From Lama guanicoe (lineage: Eukaryota), in assembly GCA_013239625.1 (NCBI GenBank), contig MU053557.1, forward strand, positions 3,998,123 to 4,062,122: DNA of 64,000 bases, read 5' to 3'. Below, piece by piece: positions 24,491 to 40,139 of the stretch; within the stretch, counting starts at the first letter, position 1, and every line of letters starts with the position of its first letter. A program made the position numbers and the translations under genes. The notes below the pieces were generated by a model that saw nothing but the letters and a program-made list of their open reading frames with translations, did no database searches and was not told the origin of the DNA.

Positions 24491-25039
24491 GAGGGTAATA
24501 AGGGAAGGACATTCTAGCCAAAATTAGTAGCTTATTAGAAATGGAAAGATGAATGTTAAAGAAACGGGTAGACTGAGGATATTGATGTGGCTGGAGTGAG
24601 TGTCCTGAGGAACAAGTGGTAAGAACTGAAAGATGAGATTGGAAAGGTGGCTTGAGACCAGATTGGAAAGATTTTAGCCTCTGGAAACTGGGGTTCCTTG
24701 TAGGCGAACTGGTTTCTGTTTGGTTCTATATATTATATTTCTTTAAAAACAATCTAACATTTTCAGACAGTGGAGAAGAATATGAAAAGTAAAAATTTCT
24801 TTACTACTTTTCTAAGACCTCTATTCTTACTCCCCAGAGGTAACCACTGTTAATACTTTGTTGTGGGTCCTTCTAAAATTGTCTCATGCAAACAGAAGCA
24901 TATTTATCCTTTTTCTTTTATGCAAGTGGATAATACTTTTGACATATTCCACATCTTGCTTTTTTCATTTAATATAGCAATCAGTTGTAGTTTAAAAATA
25001 CAACTCTAGTTTCAGTGTGGATTATGGTATAGTAAGCAT

Positions 25040-25890
25040 TTATTCAGCTGATTACTTATCGTGGGCCTACTGTGTAGGCTTTGTTCCAGGCCTTTGGGAT
25101 ACATTGGTGGACGTCATTTAGGAAACCATTGCAGTAGCCCAAATGAGGGTTGATAGAGGTCTCAAAGCCAGTGCAAATGAATGCAAGAGCAGAGTTGTGG
25201 TAACATTGGTAAAAATAGCCCATCAGGTGTCTGGTAAGTGAGAGAGAGCATGATATATTGATGCTGATTTCAACGTTTCTAATCTGGTAAACTGCAGTAG
25301 GGAGCACAGGTGTAGGGGTGAGTGTGTGTTTTAGGACAGAGCAGGGGGTGGTTTGTGGTTGTGAAGAGAGTTTTGGACCTAATATTTTCTTTGAAGGATG
25401 ATCAAGGGATTGAGATAAAGGTTTCTGATAGACAGAGGAAATAAAATTAAGGTCAGCTTAGGAGAGACAGGACTTAGAAGTAGATACCTTTTTAAGTGTA
25501 TTTATAGTAGCTGAAGCCTTGAGAATGGATACAATTCCCCAGAGGGAAGAGGGTTCTGGGGTGAACTGGCAAAGGAGATTGAAGTGTGGTCATAGAATAA
25601 TGAAGAGGTCCAAGAGAATATCACTTTGGGAGCCAAAGAATGAGTGGGTTTCAAAGAAGATGTAGTTACCAGTGACCCATCCTACAGAAGGTTCAGATGG
25701 GGGAGCATTGAAAAGAGGCTATGGGATTTGATGACCAGGTCAAAATAAACTTAGCGTGGTTTCAGGAACAATCATAAGATGGAAAGTCATTCATTTAGTG
25801 GGGGAAGAGCAGTAAATAGGAAAAGGTGGACACTGATGATCAGAAAATGGATAAGCACATTTACAACTTTTTTGTGGGGAGTTCTGAGAG
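25040..25890 (-). mobile_element. L2 fragments, antisense
   Basis: atttattcag...cctactgtgtaggc start followed by purine-rich antisense L2 motifs. Confidence 0.6.
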
Positions 25891-27543
25891 TAAACTTTAC
25901 TTCTCCAAGAATCTGTTAGCCAAAGTGTGATGGACAACATATAAATCAGCTTCTCAAAAGGCAAAATAGATGTCATGTCACAGATTTACTGAACTGTGGC
26001 TCATGTGCCTAGTCTTTACAGAATTTCTTAGGTTCATACTACTAGTTGTCTGTCGATACTAATCCACACACAATTCTAAAAGCTTATTTCTTTGGTTTCC
26101 CAGGCCATAACTAATTAGAAGCAACAAACTAGAGGGGGGTGTGTGTGTGTGCACGTATGAAATGCAGGAAGAAGCAAGCATGCTGACACCTGCCAGAAGT
26201 AACAGCACATAACCTTTCAGTGAAGGAGGAAGAGACCAGAGTACACACAAGCACAAGAAATATGAGAATTCACTTGGCCTTGCAGTTTGCTCCCATTTAC
26301 TGCTGAAGCAGAGGAACCCCAGGAACTCCATTTTGTTCAGTAGTCCCTGAGAATATATCACAGAATATACTGTATATTCATATTGATAACCTCAGGTCAT
26401 CAGGAAAAGGTTATGCTTTTATTGAGTCAGCTCTGTAAGGAAATAGAAGCATGTGGTCCACTTTAGAAAGTTTTGATAGTACAGATTATAACTAGCAAAA
26501 AAGTTGGTACATAAAAAGGAGCAAACACTATTTAAGCTAGAGATTGATTTGGGACAGCAATTACGTACATTACTGTAGCATGGTTAAATTTAAGCTCTGA
26601 ACTCTAGTTCTCTACGTAGGAGTCCAGATAATTTTCCAGAATTCTTACCAGAGATAATTGATAATGCTATTTAAAGGAGACTGTTTTCACACAGTTCCTT
26701 TTTAACCTGATCAGCAAAATAAAACAAAAAAACCATCTGACTTTATCTCTTTCCCCCACTCCATTCCTCTTTCCTTTTCCCTTACTTCCCCTCTTCCTCA
26801 CCTCTCTAAGGAGCAGGAGCAGAGCTTAATTCAGTTTTGCATTTGATACAAAAGTGAATTAACCTCTGCTCCTTAATATTTATGGGAGAGGGAGAAGAGT
26901 GGTTTTATTCTTCCTCTGAAGTTACACATAAAATTGAGTGTTTTGTTTTTGTTTTTTGAGGAGGCTGTCCATAGTTTTTGTCAGATCCATAAAAGGATAT
27001 GTGGCCCACTGGTGGAGTCTGATCCCCTCGCTTTATAGGTGGGAGAATGAAGAATTTAAAAGGTGACTTAAATTCGTAGTAGTAGTTTGTGGCAGATCCA
27101 TGGCTAGAATCTAAGGGTCTTCTTCCTTCTGCTATGTTAGGGGCAGTCCTAGAATCACAAGCTCCTGGAGTTAGAAGGGATTTTGTCTAGCTAGTTTAAT
27201 GATCTTGCCTTATATTTGAAGAATTTGATGCTTGGTGAAACCTAGAGTGAACTAGCTAGGAAGCAACTGAGTACAGAGAATCCCAGACTCCTCATTCCTT
27301 GGCTTTTTGCTCATTCTAAATAATACATTTTAATCCCTACTGCTCTTCAGAAAAAACTGTTCTGTGCCTTTTGTGTAATATTTTTATTAATTTGAATGTA
27401 GTCTGCACCATTGTCGTAGTACTACCTTTCTGTGTCTGTATTCTAAAACAGACATTGTTTTACCTAGGTTTTATTGGGATAATTTCTGCATCTGGGTTTG
27501 GTGTGTTTTCTACACTCTCTCTGCTTGCTTTCAGGTGCTTTGA

Positions 27544-27726
<183 letters not shown>

Positions 27727-27784
27727 TAAGGTTTTGTGTGGTTGACTTTCACCAACTAGACTGTGTAAGTAGGAGCAAACCTAG

Positions 27785-27960
27785 AGCTGTGCTGTCCAGC
27801 GTGGTAGTTACTAGCTACCTGTGACATTTAAATTAAGTAAAATGTCCAGTTCCTCGGTTGTACTAGCTGTATGTGGCTAGTGGCTACTGTACAGGATGGC
27901 ACAGACAGTGAAGACAGAGAGTATTTCCTTTGTAAAGTTCTATTGGACAGCCGTTGTCTA
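27785..27960. mobile_element. MER3/MER33-like hAT-Charlie relic
   Basis: gctgtcca...tgtggctagtggctactgta...aaagttctattggacagc terminal inverted motifs. Confidence 0.75.
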
Positions 27961-30900
27961 AACTGTTAACATTCCAGGCTTCTTGGAATTCTTAATGACT
28001 GATAGATTTGCTGGCTTTCGTTATTACGGTGGCATGTGCATATAACGTAAGGCAGTGGTTTCAGACTTCTTGGCTACAGTCCATAGTAAGAAACACATTT
28101 TGCTTAGTATGTACATATATGTAAGTAATTGAAAACCAGTTTTATGAAGTCATACCCATCATTACTACATGCAGTGCACATATTAAAGTTGTTTTGAGAT
28201 AAACTTTTTTCAAAATCTTTTTAAATTATGTTTTTATCTAAACTGTAGTACAACTACTATTAAAAAAACAAACAAACAAAAACAACCAAAAAAGCTGTCA
28301 TTCCAATTTCCCCTACTCTCTTCTTTCATTATCCACTCAAATAAACAAATCTTAGCATACTTTGTGTCTAGAGGGAGAGACTGGAGTTTGAATCTCTCAC
28401 TCACTGGACCAGTGGTAGATATAAAGATGAAATTATAAGGATTCAGTGAGACAGTGCTTTTAAAGCACTTAATACACTGCATGGCATAAATGCTTGGTAA
28501 GTGTTAATGGTTATGACTGTGTTGTGCCCTTTTTCACATTGCTACATAGTCTTCACAGGTATCATTTTAGTCACCACTTTCTCTTCCATTGACTGTAACA
28601 TAGTAATCATCTTTTCACCTTTTTTCTTATGTTCTTTGATCTGAATTGCTTCCAATTTTTCTCTTATATAATACAATTAACTTTTCTAAGCATCTGGATT
28701 TTCTGTTGTTTTACATTATTTACCTCGGGGATATTTCCATATATGAAGTACCTAGAAACATTTTGCATTTTTAAAAAATTACTGAATATCTGCAGATTAA
28801 TACGTTTTAGAATAGATACAGAGAGTTACTTTAGGGAACCACGGCACTTTGTTTTTCTTTTCTAGTATAAATTTTTAGCCTCTATCTTCTGCAGTTTGTT
28901 ATTCTGTAACACAATGTAGTTTTGTTTCAGTTCCGTCTGAAAATAGAAGGCCCAATTAAAAGAACAGACTTTTTTTTTAACATAACAGGATACCAGAGTT
29001 CATCTGGCAAAAAAAAAGTCTGTAGCCAAAGTTTTTCAGAAAAAGAATCTAACTCTATCAGATGTTCAAATATATTCTAAAATTATACAATAATTAAAGA
29101 TTTGGTACTGAAGAAGATATCTTGCCAGACATTTGGGTAAAACATAAACATGTGTAGGCTCCTTATGTAGATTCAAATATACATGGGGACCTAGCTCATG
29201 ATAAAATTGGTAGTCACATCAATGAGGAAAAACTGAGTGAATTATTCAGTGATGAATTCACAACCTAAAAACATTTGAAGAAAATAATAAAAGCATGTTC
29301 TTATCTCTTATATCTGAAAACTGAATTATAAACTTATCAGTGAATTAAACAGTGAAGCTATTAAAATTCTTCTAGAAGAAAGCATACGTAAAATTGTTTC
29401 TAGGGATGTGAGTAGATGTTTGTTAACTAATGGTAGGACATATTCTGAACAAATTTGATGATATTTTAAATTGAGAGTAGATCAGATTTTGCAGTTCAAA
29501 TAGAATATTCAAATAGAAGGGGTGGAGTCAAGTAGAAGGCTGTTACCCTGGTAATAATGAAAAAACATGCAGCAGATTGGCAGAAGAGAAGGAGAGCTGT
29601 GAACTAAGCTGGGTACTTGAATTTGGTATGAGATGTTTATTCTAAAAATAAACATTTATTTTTAGGCTTCTGAAGTTTTTATTTGAGGAATCATTTTGTA
29701 GTCTTGTAGTAACTATTTAGCATGTTTTCATGAAACAAGAAAAACTACAGCTTCCTTAAAAGAAACCTAATCTTTGCTGTACCTGCCATGTTAAACTTAT
29801 CTTTTCTAAAATATATTTCATTTGCCTTATCTTTGAAGTAAAAATATATTTTATTTTCTAAGGGCAAATATGATATAAAATAATCTTAAGATTACTGATA
29901 CTTATATTTCAAGGGGGTATAATATTAACTCAGGCAGATACTTTGGATAAAAATCAATGATTTGGGTAAGCAATGTTTTAATGGCAAAACTATTTAGAAA
30001 ACAAATTCAATACTTTTCATTGTTTATAAAATGTGTAGTCCTATAGTTTCTGAAAATTATCCTACTTATGTCTAAGTTATGGAAAATATAAATTAAGTTA
30101 GCAGTAATGCTTTTTTTTTGGTAGAAAATTTGATGTGACTTTATTCTCTTTATTTAAATAGTTTTAAAGGAAAAAGCAGGGGGGCCAGAAATAGAAGAGA
30201 ATGGAGCAGAGAAATATTCAGCAGGCATACTTGGTCTTCCCTTTAGAATTAGCTTAATTTTTAGGAATTAGACAGACCCACCTGTTGACATCCCTCCTCA
30301 TCCTCTCTTACCTAGCTGTTGACTTTTTACTGGTTAACTTTACTGAGCCAATTTTACCACTTGTAAAGTGAAATAATAATAGCATCCACTATATCAATGA
30401 GGGTTCTAGCAGGAAAGAAGCTATACTTGGCTGGAATCTAAAGATAATTTAATAAAGGGATTATTTAGAGAGGTGTAGTTAAGGTTAAGGATACCAATAA
30501 AGGATGTTCAGGAATTTAGTTCAGCTAGGAGACTAGCTGAAAGCCTTTGCCCTGCCTTCCATCGGCCAAAGTCAACTGATCGCCGGAGGGGTGGAGAACA
30601 CAGCAGAACAGAGAAGGGAAGAAAAAGGACTAGGGGAGGCCTGTGTTGCAAACAAGAAAACAACTTAGCTTGCAAAATTGCGGAAACAGTGACACAATAC
30701 TGAGTCAAGAAAGTGTAGCTTTTGCCTTTAAAAAAAAAAATTTAATCTAGGTTATGCCTGGAGGTGTGTTAAGAAAGAGAGATGAGATTTTCTATCTTTC
30801 AGAATATATATTGGTATTACTGAAAACAGAACAAAAGTAGGTGAAAAGTTTCAGGAAGGAAGAGATAATGGGACGTGGGAAAAGAGGAAATTGTAAATCA

Positions 30901-31498
30901 GATGAGTGTTTTCACTTAATGCTTATGCAATACTTTTATTAATAAGAGTATGTGATTAAAAGGTAAAAGATCTAGGAAAAAATGTGTAGTATATAAACCT
31001 AGTGTACATATTTGTTGATGAAGAAAATAATAGAGTTTCTGGGTGGTGGTAAACAGGAGCAGAGGAATTCTTCTTTAGCCATGGTGGGAAATGGATTCTA
31101 TAAAAGCTATGAAATAATACTGGTTAGGTTCAGATTGATCAGTTCTCTCTGATATTTTGTACGTTTCCTTAGCATCATGCCTTGAAATATACTGAAATTT
31201 TTTCCTTCCTATTTTTTTTTTTATTTTCTTTGTTGGTCAAAACTTAAAAGGAGAAAAGCAGGATGTATTAGCTGCTCTGTGGAGCAAGCTCACTACTTTA
31301 TTTAGATGCTTGAGTATTTGCTGATTCATTTTTTTAAGTAAAAAGCTATATATGCATATTAGTCTTAAAACTCTGTGAATATTCCTAATGTCTTATTTCA
31401 TTCGAGGGGTGGGAGATTGGAGGAAGGAAAAAAATAACCTGTCAGTGAGAGGAAGTACTTACCCATTTGATAAATATGAGTTTCTTTTTCTCACAAAG

Positions 31499-31632
31499 GT
31501 ACCTCCCTCTGCAGGATATCATGTGTATGGAATGTCTTTCCCGGAAGCTAAAGGAAGCAGTAACCCTATATCTGAGAGTTGTGAGGGTTGTGGATCTCTG
31601 TGCAGGGCGGTGGTGGGAGTACATGCCAAGTG
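31499..31632 (+). CDS. FBXO38: FBXO38 exon 3 ([44 protein letters not shown]), F-box
   Basis: cacaaag|G...GTG|gtaagt; 134 nt; frame continuous. Confidence 0.97.
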
Positions 31633-34343
31633 GTAAGTGGATTTAGCCTGTAATGTACAGGGGAACCCTACTGGAAACTGATAATAATGTTTCAATCAAA
31701 AGTTCCTTGTTGTCTTGGAATAGGCAGTCTAAGGCATCTTGTAGGTAGGGAGGCTGAATTTTATCTAAATTATTTAGGTTGATAAAATACATTTTACCTG
31801 TTTTAGTGGTCTCTTTTCATTTCCTACTCCTTAAGAAACTACATTAGTCTGTTTCACAAATACACGATTGGAGATTACTTATTGACCCTTGATTGATTAA
31901 ATATATATCTGCCATGTTAGACAAAGTGCCCTTTCTAACACGATGCAAGTTTTCATAGTTTTCCTGTACCCCTTAATGGCATCTTTTGGTTAAAAAAAAT
32001 ATTTTTTAATTTTTGTAAAGCTGCTCTAGTTGTGGACCACAGAAATTGTACTTCTGGAACTTTCATTTCTCAAGCACTTTTAAAAGGCCTATACTAGGTC
32101 TTGGCGATTTCTCAAATAATGCATTGGCCTTGCAGGTGAAGAACTCCGAGCTAGTGGTCTAACCACAACAAATGGACTTCAGTTAAAAAGACCACCAGAA
32201 AAGAAAGTTGATGACTTTAGTTAAGCAGAGCATACTTGAAAGGGAAACATTAATATTTAATGGCTAATCAGGCTTCTTTTCAGTTAATACCAATTTGTTA
32301 ATCGGTGCCCTTTAGTTACTGTCGTTTAGCAATTTTGAATGTCTTTTGTTTTTTACTGCCTTTTATCAACAATATTCATATCCTGAATATTGTTGATGAA
32401 AGTGTGATGAAGCTGTGGGGCTGGCCAAGGAGGGATGGGGCCTTAATAGAAGTGAAGGGCTAGGGAGATAATTGTCTTGTTCTGTTCTACCGTGTTGACC
32501 AGAGTTTATCACTGTATCTTTTTGTGAAGACCATTGCAAAGTCTTGAGGCTAGAACTTAGCTTGGTGGGAGGCGAACCATATTTGCATTCAGATACTCAA
32601 AAGAAACGATTCTAAGAGAGAAGGATTTATCATGTTCCAGAGAGTGATTATTTATAGCAAGACAGAAAAAAAGTAGGGTACTGTGAAAATGACTGCCATT
32701 TCTCATTATTAGATTTACTTTTAATAGAGGTTAGGCCAGTAGGAATTGTGGAGATGGGGTTAATGCACTACATAAAGAGACAAGATAGCAGAGCTCCCGT
32801 GTGGTACAATATCTCAATTAAAATCTCTGCCCCTATCAAATTAGAAAAGAATTTGTCTACACATTGCTGATTTCTTTTAGACTGTGATAAATACCTGTGA
32901 GCCCAAGGCTTCCCCTCCCTGCAACAAATGTGAGAGAGTCAAGGCAAACAGTCTTTGGCTAGAATAAGATCTCACTAACCCTGCTTTGCTAATGCCATCT
33001 TGGTCTAGTCTCTGGAGTTTAAACTCTGATTCTCTACACAGTAATGCTAACTAAGGTTTTTGTATAGCACTTTATGGTTTACATATGTTTGAACCATACT
33101 CTCACACCATCTTTGTAAAGAAGGTGGAGCATTACGCATTCTTTGGTAAGAGGTAATGTGTAATGTACAACAAAAGAGGATGGACATTGACAGAGGTCAA
33201 GTTCATTTTTTACATTTGTGATAAGCTTTTTCACTGGGTTGTGAGAATAGATAAGAAAACATGTAAAATGGTTAACACACTGAATGGCTCAGTGAGTAAA
33301 GTTGCTGTACAAGACAACAGTAAGAACTGTTACTATAATTAGGCCAGGTAATCTTTGAGGTCCCTTCTTACTCTTCATTTTTGTGATTCTGAAGTTAACA
33401 TATCTAGGCTAGCCTTGTACAAACAGAACAACTTTCGAAAACTGTAGTATGTGATTTGGGGCTTCAATTTTATTCTGGAAAATTAATATTTTCATTTGTC
33501 ATTAGTGAGCAGACAGTTGGCTTTCTGACAGCCTCCATTAAAAACAAAAAAGCCCCAGGTAATAAAGTATCATCTGTATGAGACCTGTTCTCCTCACTTA
33601 CGTCACCGGCAGCTCCTGTGGTGGAAGTAACCCATCTCTCTTTTCCCATCTAGTTGATTCCCACCATGAAACACAACTGGACACCCTGATAGTTTTCTGT
33701 CCACTCAGCATCCTCTCGTTTTGGATCACTTAAGTTCTCTCAGCAAACTTGCATCTGTCTTTTTCAGGAGAATGAGTTGTCTAAAATGTCATGAGAGTGA
33801 TAGTTAAATACAAGATAGAGTAATTATTGGGAAATGGATAAACTAAGAGAATCTAGTTTGAGATGGGATTTAGGTTAAAGCTGTGAGCTTCCTGGAGATG
33901 GGGCTCATATCTTACTCATTTTTTAGTGGTGTGCTGTATAGAGCCTAGAGGTTTTATGGACCAGAGCACCTTTAGGGGAGGAGGATGGTGGTTAGGTGAG
34001 TGGTACTTCCTCACTTACCAGGCAAGTAGGTCTAAGCCATCTGGGTTAAAAGTGTATTGTTCCTGGCTGAAGATTTCTGTGCCTTAAAAGCAGCAGCTAC
34101 AACAAAAAAGAGAATAATAAATTAAAAGTGTCAGCTGTAAAGTATCGATTCAGAATAAGTGGAGTTTGACACATTTCCTCTGTTACTAAAGGAATTCTTT
34201 TGTTTAACCATTTGTTCAGCTGTAGTGTTAGCCTTATGAAAATTTAAAAAGGAAATCTCTTTTTTTGTTGTTCTTTTAACTTTTGATGAAAATTATAAGT
34301 GCCTGCTCAATATTGACCAGTAGAAAGATGAGCTTGGCTCTAA

Positions 34344-34541
<198 letters not shown>

Positions 34542-34733
34542 TGAACATTTGACATCAACTGATTGATAAAATACTAAATTCAAAGAATGATAGAACATGT
34601 TCACTCACTTGCAAATTTCATCCACAACAAACTTAAATTCCATTGCATAGTTAGCATCTTATGATACAGAAATAGAAGCCTTGAATGCTAAATTAAAAGC
34701 CTTTCTTATGATTGCTTCGGCATTATTTTGTAG

Positions 34734-34934
<201 letters not shown>

Positions 34935-35277
34935 TGAAATGCCATACAACTGAATATTCACCAAAAGGGGATAATGAGGATTTTAGAAATGGCTTTGCTG
35001 ATTGATGGTGGCAAAAGAAATGCTTGTGAGACTCGTATAAAAATTCAGATTTCTCTTTAAAGAGTCCTGGGTGGTGGGGGAGAGGGAATACAGCAGGTAG
35101 AATACAGTAGGTGAGAGAATTATTATTTCACAACCAATATGTTCTCTGTTTGGAAGACAGTTTTAATTGTTTTAAAAATTGTTGGGTTTTTTGTTTTGCT
35201 TTGTTCTTTGAATGAGGCAAAATCCTGCCCTCGCTCTCCAATATCCACCACCTGGTACTTGTCCTACCCTCCAGAGG

Positions 35278-35460
35278 AGCGTTCTTCCCTACAACTTTCT
35301 GTGATGATGGAAACGTCCTGTATTTGACCTATTCCATATGGTACCCACTGTGGGTAGTGAAACAGAGGAACTAAATTTTTATATTTGATTTTATTTTATG
35401 TTAATTTATCAAATAGCCACATGTAGCAAGTGGCTATTTTATTATACAGCTGAGCTGTAG
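35278..35460. mobile_element. MER3-like hAT-Charlie relic
   Basis: aactttctgtgatgatggaaacgtcctgtat...atagccacatgtagcaagtggcta. Confidence 0.7.
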
Positions 35461-36054
35461 AACACCGCAGAATAAAAACATCACGGATAGCTCTTAGTTC
35501 ACATGTATCTTCTCCAAGCAGAAAATCCCCCTGAGTTCTTCAACCCAGAGCCGATAGAAAACTGCCACTTCTTTTTTTCCCCTGAGAAATGAGGAAGAAG
35601 TGGTCTTATTTCAAAGACCCTATCTGCAGTGGTCACAGTGTATCCTCTGAAATTGTATCCCAATAATTTCAACCTGAGAAAATGATAAAGACGGATATTT
35701 TCTCAAATTTAATTTGTCATCTTTGGAGATACTCCTCTTACTATAGTCTGACTTTTACTATTTTTTCATCGTTTTATTTAAAATATACATACTGAGTAGC
35801 TGCTGTGTTCCAAGCATTATTTCAGGTATTGGGGATGGTCCTGAAAGAACTGGGCATTTCTGAAACTGGGTCAGGTGGTGAAGGGAGAGCAACAGGGATG
35901 ATAAGAAGTAGGTCTTAAATAAGATTTAGGTACGCAATTATGGAAGAAGAGCAAAATTCTCTAGCAACCCTTCATTTACAAGATCAAGAAGTGGTTCTGA
36001 TTAAGGACTTGGATATCTAGTTTGAATTTGGATTTTCAGATAATAAAGGAATTC

Positions 36055-36094
36055 TATAATATCTAAAATTTATAATATCTAAAATTTATAATAT
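36055..36094. repeat. Perfect tandem repeat of a 16-bp unit tataatatctaaaatt x2.5
   Basis: Seen directly. Confidence 0.9.
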
Positions 36095-37542
36095 GTGATG
36101 TCAGAGACTGTGTTTTTTTTATCTTTATATTTTCCATGATGCCTGTCATAATTCATTGCAAATATAGTAAGTCCTTGGTAAATTTTGTTGAAATGCATTA
36201 ATTCATTTGATTAATTCAACAGTTTAACACTGTGATGGTGATACAAACGTGTATAGTAAATTAATGAACATGCTGGGGAAGACAGGTAATTGTGTCATTT
36301 GTTTATAGAATGGATTTGGGGTAAAATGGGGATTGAACATAGAGTATAACAGTCTTGTCTGGATCTGCCTCACCCTGCTACCTTGGGTTTCCTAATCAGA
36401 ACTACCACCATCATGGTAGATGTTAAATGTAACTTTGTGAATTTTGTGTCTTGAGTCTCAATTTGTACCTCACTTCCTCTGCTTTTCTTCCTTTGGACTA
36501 ATCCCCAGTTTTACTTCCCATTTGTTGCCATACAGTGTTTATGCATAGTTCAAAGCTAAAGCTAACTATGCTTTTCTGGGTGGACTATGCTAAGCAGTAA
36601 TCCTCATAGTAGGAGCATTCTGCAGAATTTAGCTTTTAAAGAACCAACCATTCAGGTACTCTTGATTTTGCTTTTTCTAGTTGCTTTTGCTAGCAGGGTC
36701 TGCTGACTCAAGATTAAAAGTTGTATTAAACTGGTTTTGCCAACTATTGTTTTTTAAATGCCATCACTCTGAATCCTTGGATTTCTCTGAGACTTGTGTC
36801 ACTTCCTTGGCTTTTCCCTAGTCTACAATGTTTAGACTCTTGGGCAGCTTCCTTGAACTGCTTCCTTCCGTAAGAATTTTCAAGTTACCCATCTTCTTTC
36901 TTCTTCCATATCTCGGGACTTTTCCTCCCACTCTGTATCCCCCTTCTTCAGACATGGTCCTCTGCAGGTATGATTCCTAATAGTAGTGAGCCACTTAGTG
37001 ATCAGAAGGATAAAAGGATAAAATGCCTTTATCAATTTGAAATATTAAAACAGCTGACAAGTTTCTCTTTCTCATTCGTGCTGACTGGCTTCTGCCACAC
37101 ATTTACAAATTCTTAAGACCCAGAAATTTATAGAAACAGTTTTAATCTCTGTCTCTGGATACCATCCAGAAACCATGATATTTAAAGCCAGCTAGCCTGC
37201 CTTTGTTCTGAGAAATTTAGTTTCCCACTGGTGGGGCAGTGGACATTGGTAGTCAAATAGTAGATTTGTGTATTCCTCCCCCATCTTCTTAATTTTGCTT
37301 TTAGTAACCTATTTTCCTTTTACATCTACTGGGAAAAATGTATCCTAGAAAATTGTAGTTACAAGAAAAACTTATGTATAAAATGTAGAAATACTTTTAA
37401 AATCCTATCTTCTCATATACCTTTTCTAAAGAAATAACAAAGTAGTCTGTTCATGGTTTGCTTAAATTGTTGAAGCCTATTTTAAATAAGTTATCTTGAT
37501 AGACTTTACTTAGGTAATTTGTTCTCACGAAGCTATCCATGA

Positions 37543-37791
<249 letters not shown>

Positions 37792-38941
37792 TAGTTGTGG
37801 AATTATACATACAGAATTCTAAATATATCCCAAAGCAAACTCCATAGCTACATTTGTAAATGAAATTGCGTTGTTACTGTTTATGTTTTGTAACTTACTT
37901 TATGAAGATAAATGTACCTTTTGTTTTAAAGATAGTAGATACATGATTTGTGTTTGACCCTTAGCAGAAAAAGTAAAGTGTCACAATACCTATATATTCC
38001 TTATAGGAACTTTTTACCTTTTTATAGGATTGTTTTAATAAATTTTTGTTTACTTTCTCTGTCTCTGGTCCCCTAATCATCCTGCATGTAAATAGTTCTC
38101 TGACCTAATCGACTTTAAAGCATAAAACATTGCTTTTATGATACTAGTTTCCTGTTCAGAAACCTTCAGTGTTTCTGTTCCCCTAGTGTGTCAAGTGAGA
38201 ACTGTCCTGCTTCAGAGTTCATGATGACCAGAGCCCCTCTTGATATCATTGTTTCTGGCTCCTTTTCAAGATATGCCTTCTTTCATAGTCAGGCCTGCCC
38301 ACTTGGCGTTCCCAAACAACCATACCAGCTTTCATTTCAGTGTCTTTCTTTATTGTTGTTTCCATGTCTGGAGGTAGACACTTCCTTCCTCCTTTTTACT
38401 TGTATACATCCTTCAAGTTTTGCCTCTTCAATTTACTTTCCCCTTTTTCTTTTTTATGTAGTACATCAGATCTTATTTTTGTACTTGATATGTTCTTCCT
38501 TTTTATCCCTTTAGAATTATTCATGTTAGTTTTATGTTCATGTCATTTGCAAGCTGTTTGATGTATAGGATCCTATCTTTTGTGATCTTCTGTAACAGCT
38601 AATACAATACTGGTTACGTAGAGAGGTGTTTAAGTCATTGAGCTATTTATTTGAGTGAAAGATCAAATTTTCAGCTTGGCTTTTCCCCCTTAGTTATTTT
38701 GAGCTCAAAATTATTGAGACTTCAGGGAATCTACCAAAAATACTAAATATCTCTCCAACATTACTGAAAAATTCTTACGCTGAATAAATACATGGTTAAC
38801 AGATGCTGAATAAGTATGTGGTTAATAGACTAACACTTTCTCTTTTCCATTGAGAAGTATAAATTGCAGAGAGCCAACCACTTGGCTGTCATTTTCAGAT
38901 GTAGAATTAATTTATAAGATTCATTTCGGCTACTGATTTGA

Positions 38942-39232
<291 letters not shown>

Positions 39233-40139
39233 TAGTAATTGCACTTTCTATCTGATGTACTTGATGAAGAATACGTAACCATGAGTGTGGCCTAATATTC
39301 ATTTCCTTTTTATGCAATGTTATGCAGTCTCAAAATAAATAGTAGAGTGATAAGGCATGTTTTCTGGCTTTTTAAATATTAGTACTTAGTTAATAATTCA
39401 TGTTGTATTTGGAATCTTTCTGAGAAATGTGAACGGAGGTATCCTAGTGCCTTTTGCTGAGAGATGTTTTTTGACTTAGGCACTTTAGGTCTATAAAAGA
39501 ATTCAGGCATTGGTAATGTTAATTTACCATTTGTCTAATACTTTATAGTATATAAAATGTTTTCATGTTTGTAAGTTGGATATTAGATCCATCCATCAGA
39601 TAATGGCTTTTAAAAAGAAAAAAACATTTTACTCTTTAGCTTTGTTAATTATATTTTAAGTGATATATAATAGAATTCTGTGTTATCTCCTCATTGCAAC
39701 AGAAACACCAAGTTTAGCTATATAGATAATTCATAGCTGGGAACTAAAAATATAACTTTGGATATCCAGCATACAAATGGAAAATCATCAAGTACCATTG
39801 GTAACAAATGGACATTATCATTAATACATTAAAATATGACTATGCAGTATATTTTTAGACATTTAGTCAGTTAATCAAGTCTGGTGTAAGTGTTCATTAT
39901 ATTGTGTTAAGGGGATGGTGCAAGTTCCCTCAAGATCAACAGCATTATTTTTATTCCATGGCTGTAGCTAATAGGATAAAGTCAGAAGGGAAAAGATGAC
40001 TACTATGGAATCATTCATTAGAGAGAAGACCTGGAGAGAAGTGCGAAAAGCAAAGAGTTTGTATAAGGGGCCTAAAAGTGGAACAAACTTTTCTTCCCTA
40101 ATAAATATTTAAGAGTGACTCCCCCTTATATTTTACTTA

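Noticed and set aside
32136..32224. In-frame alternative terminal exon after exon 3 (GEELRASG...DDFS*) giving an F-box-only isoform
   Set aside because: The pyrimidine tract is poor and there is no clear donor or nearby poly(A) signal.
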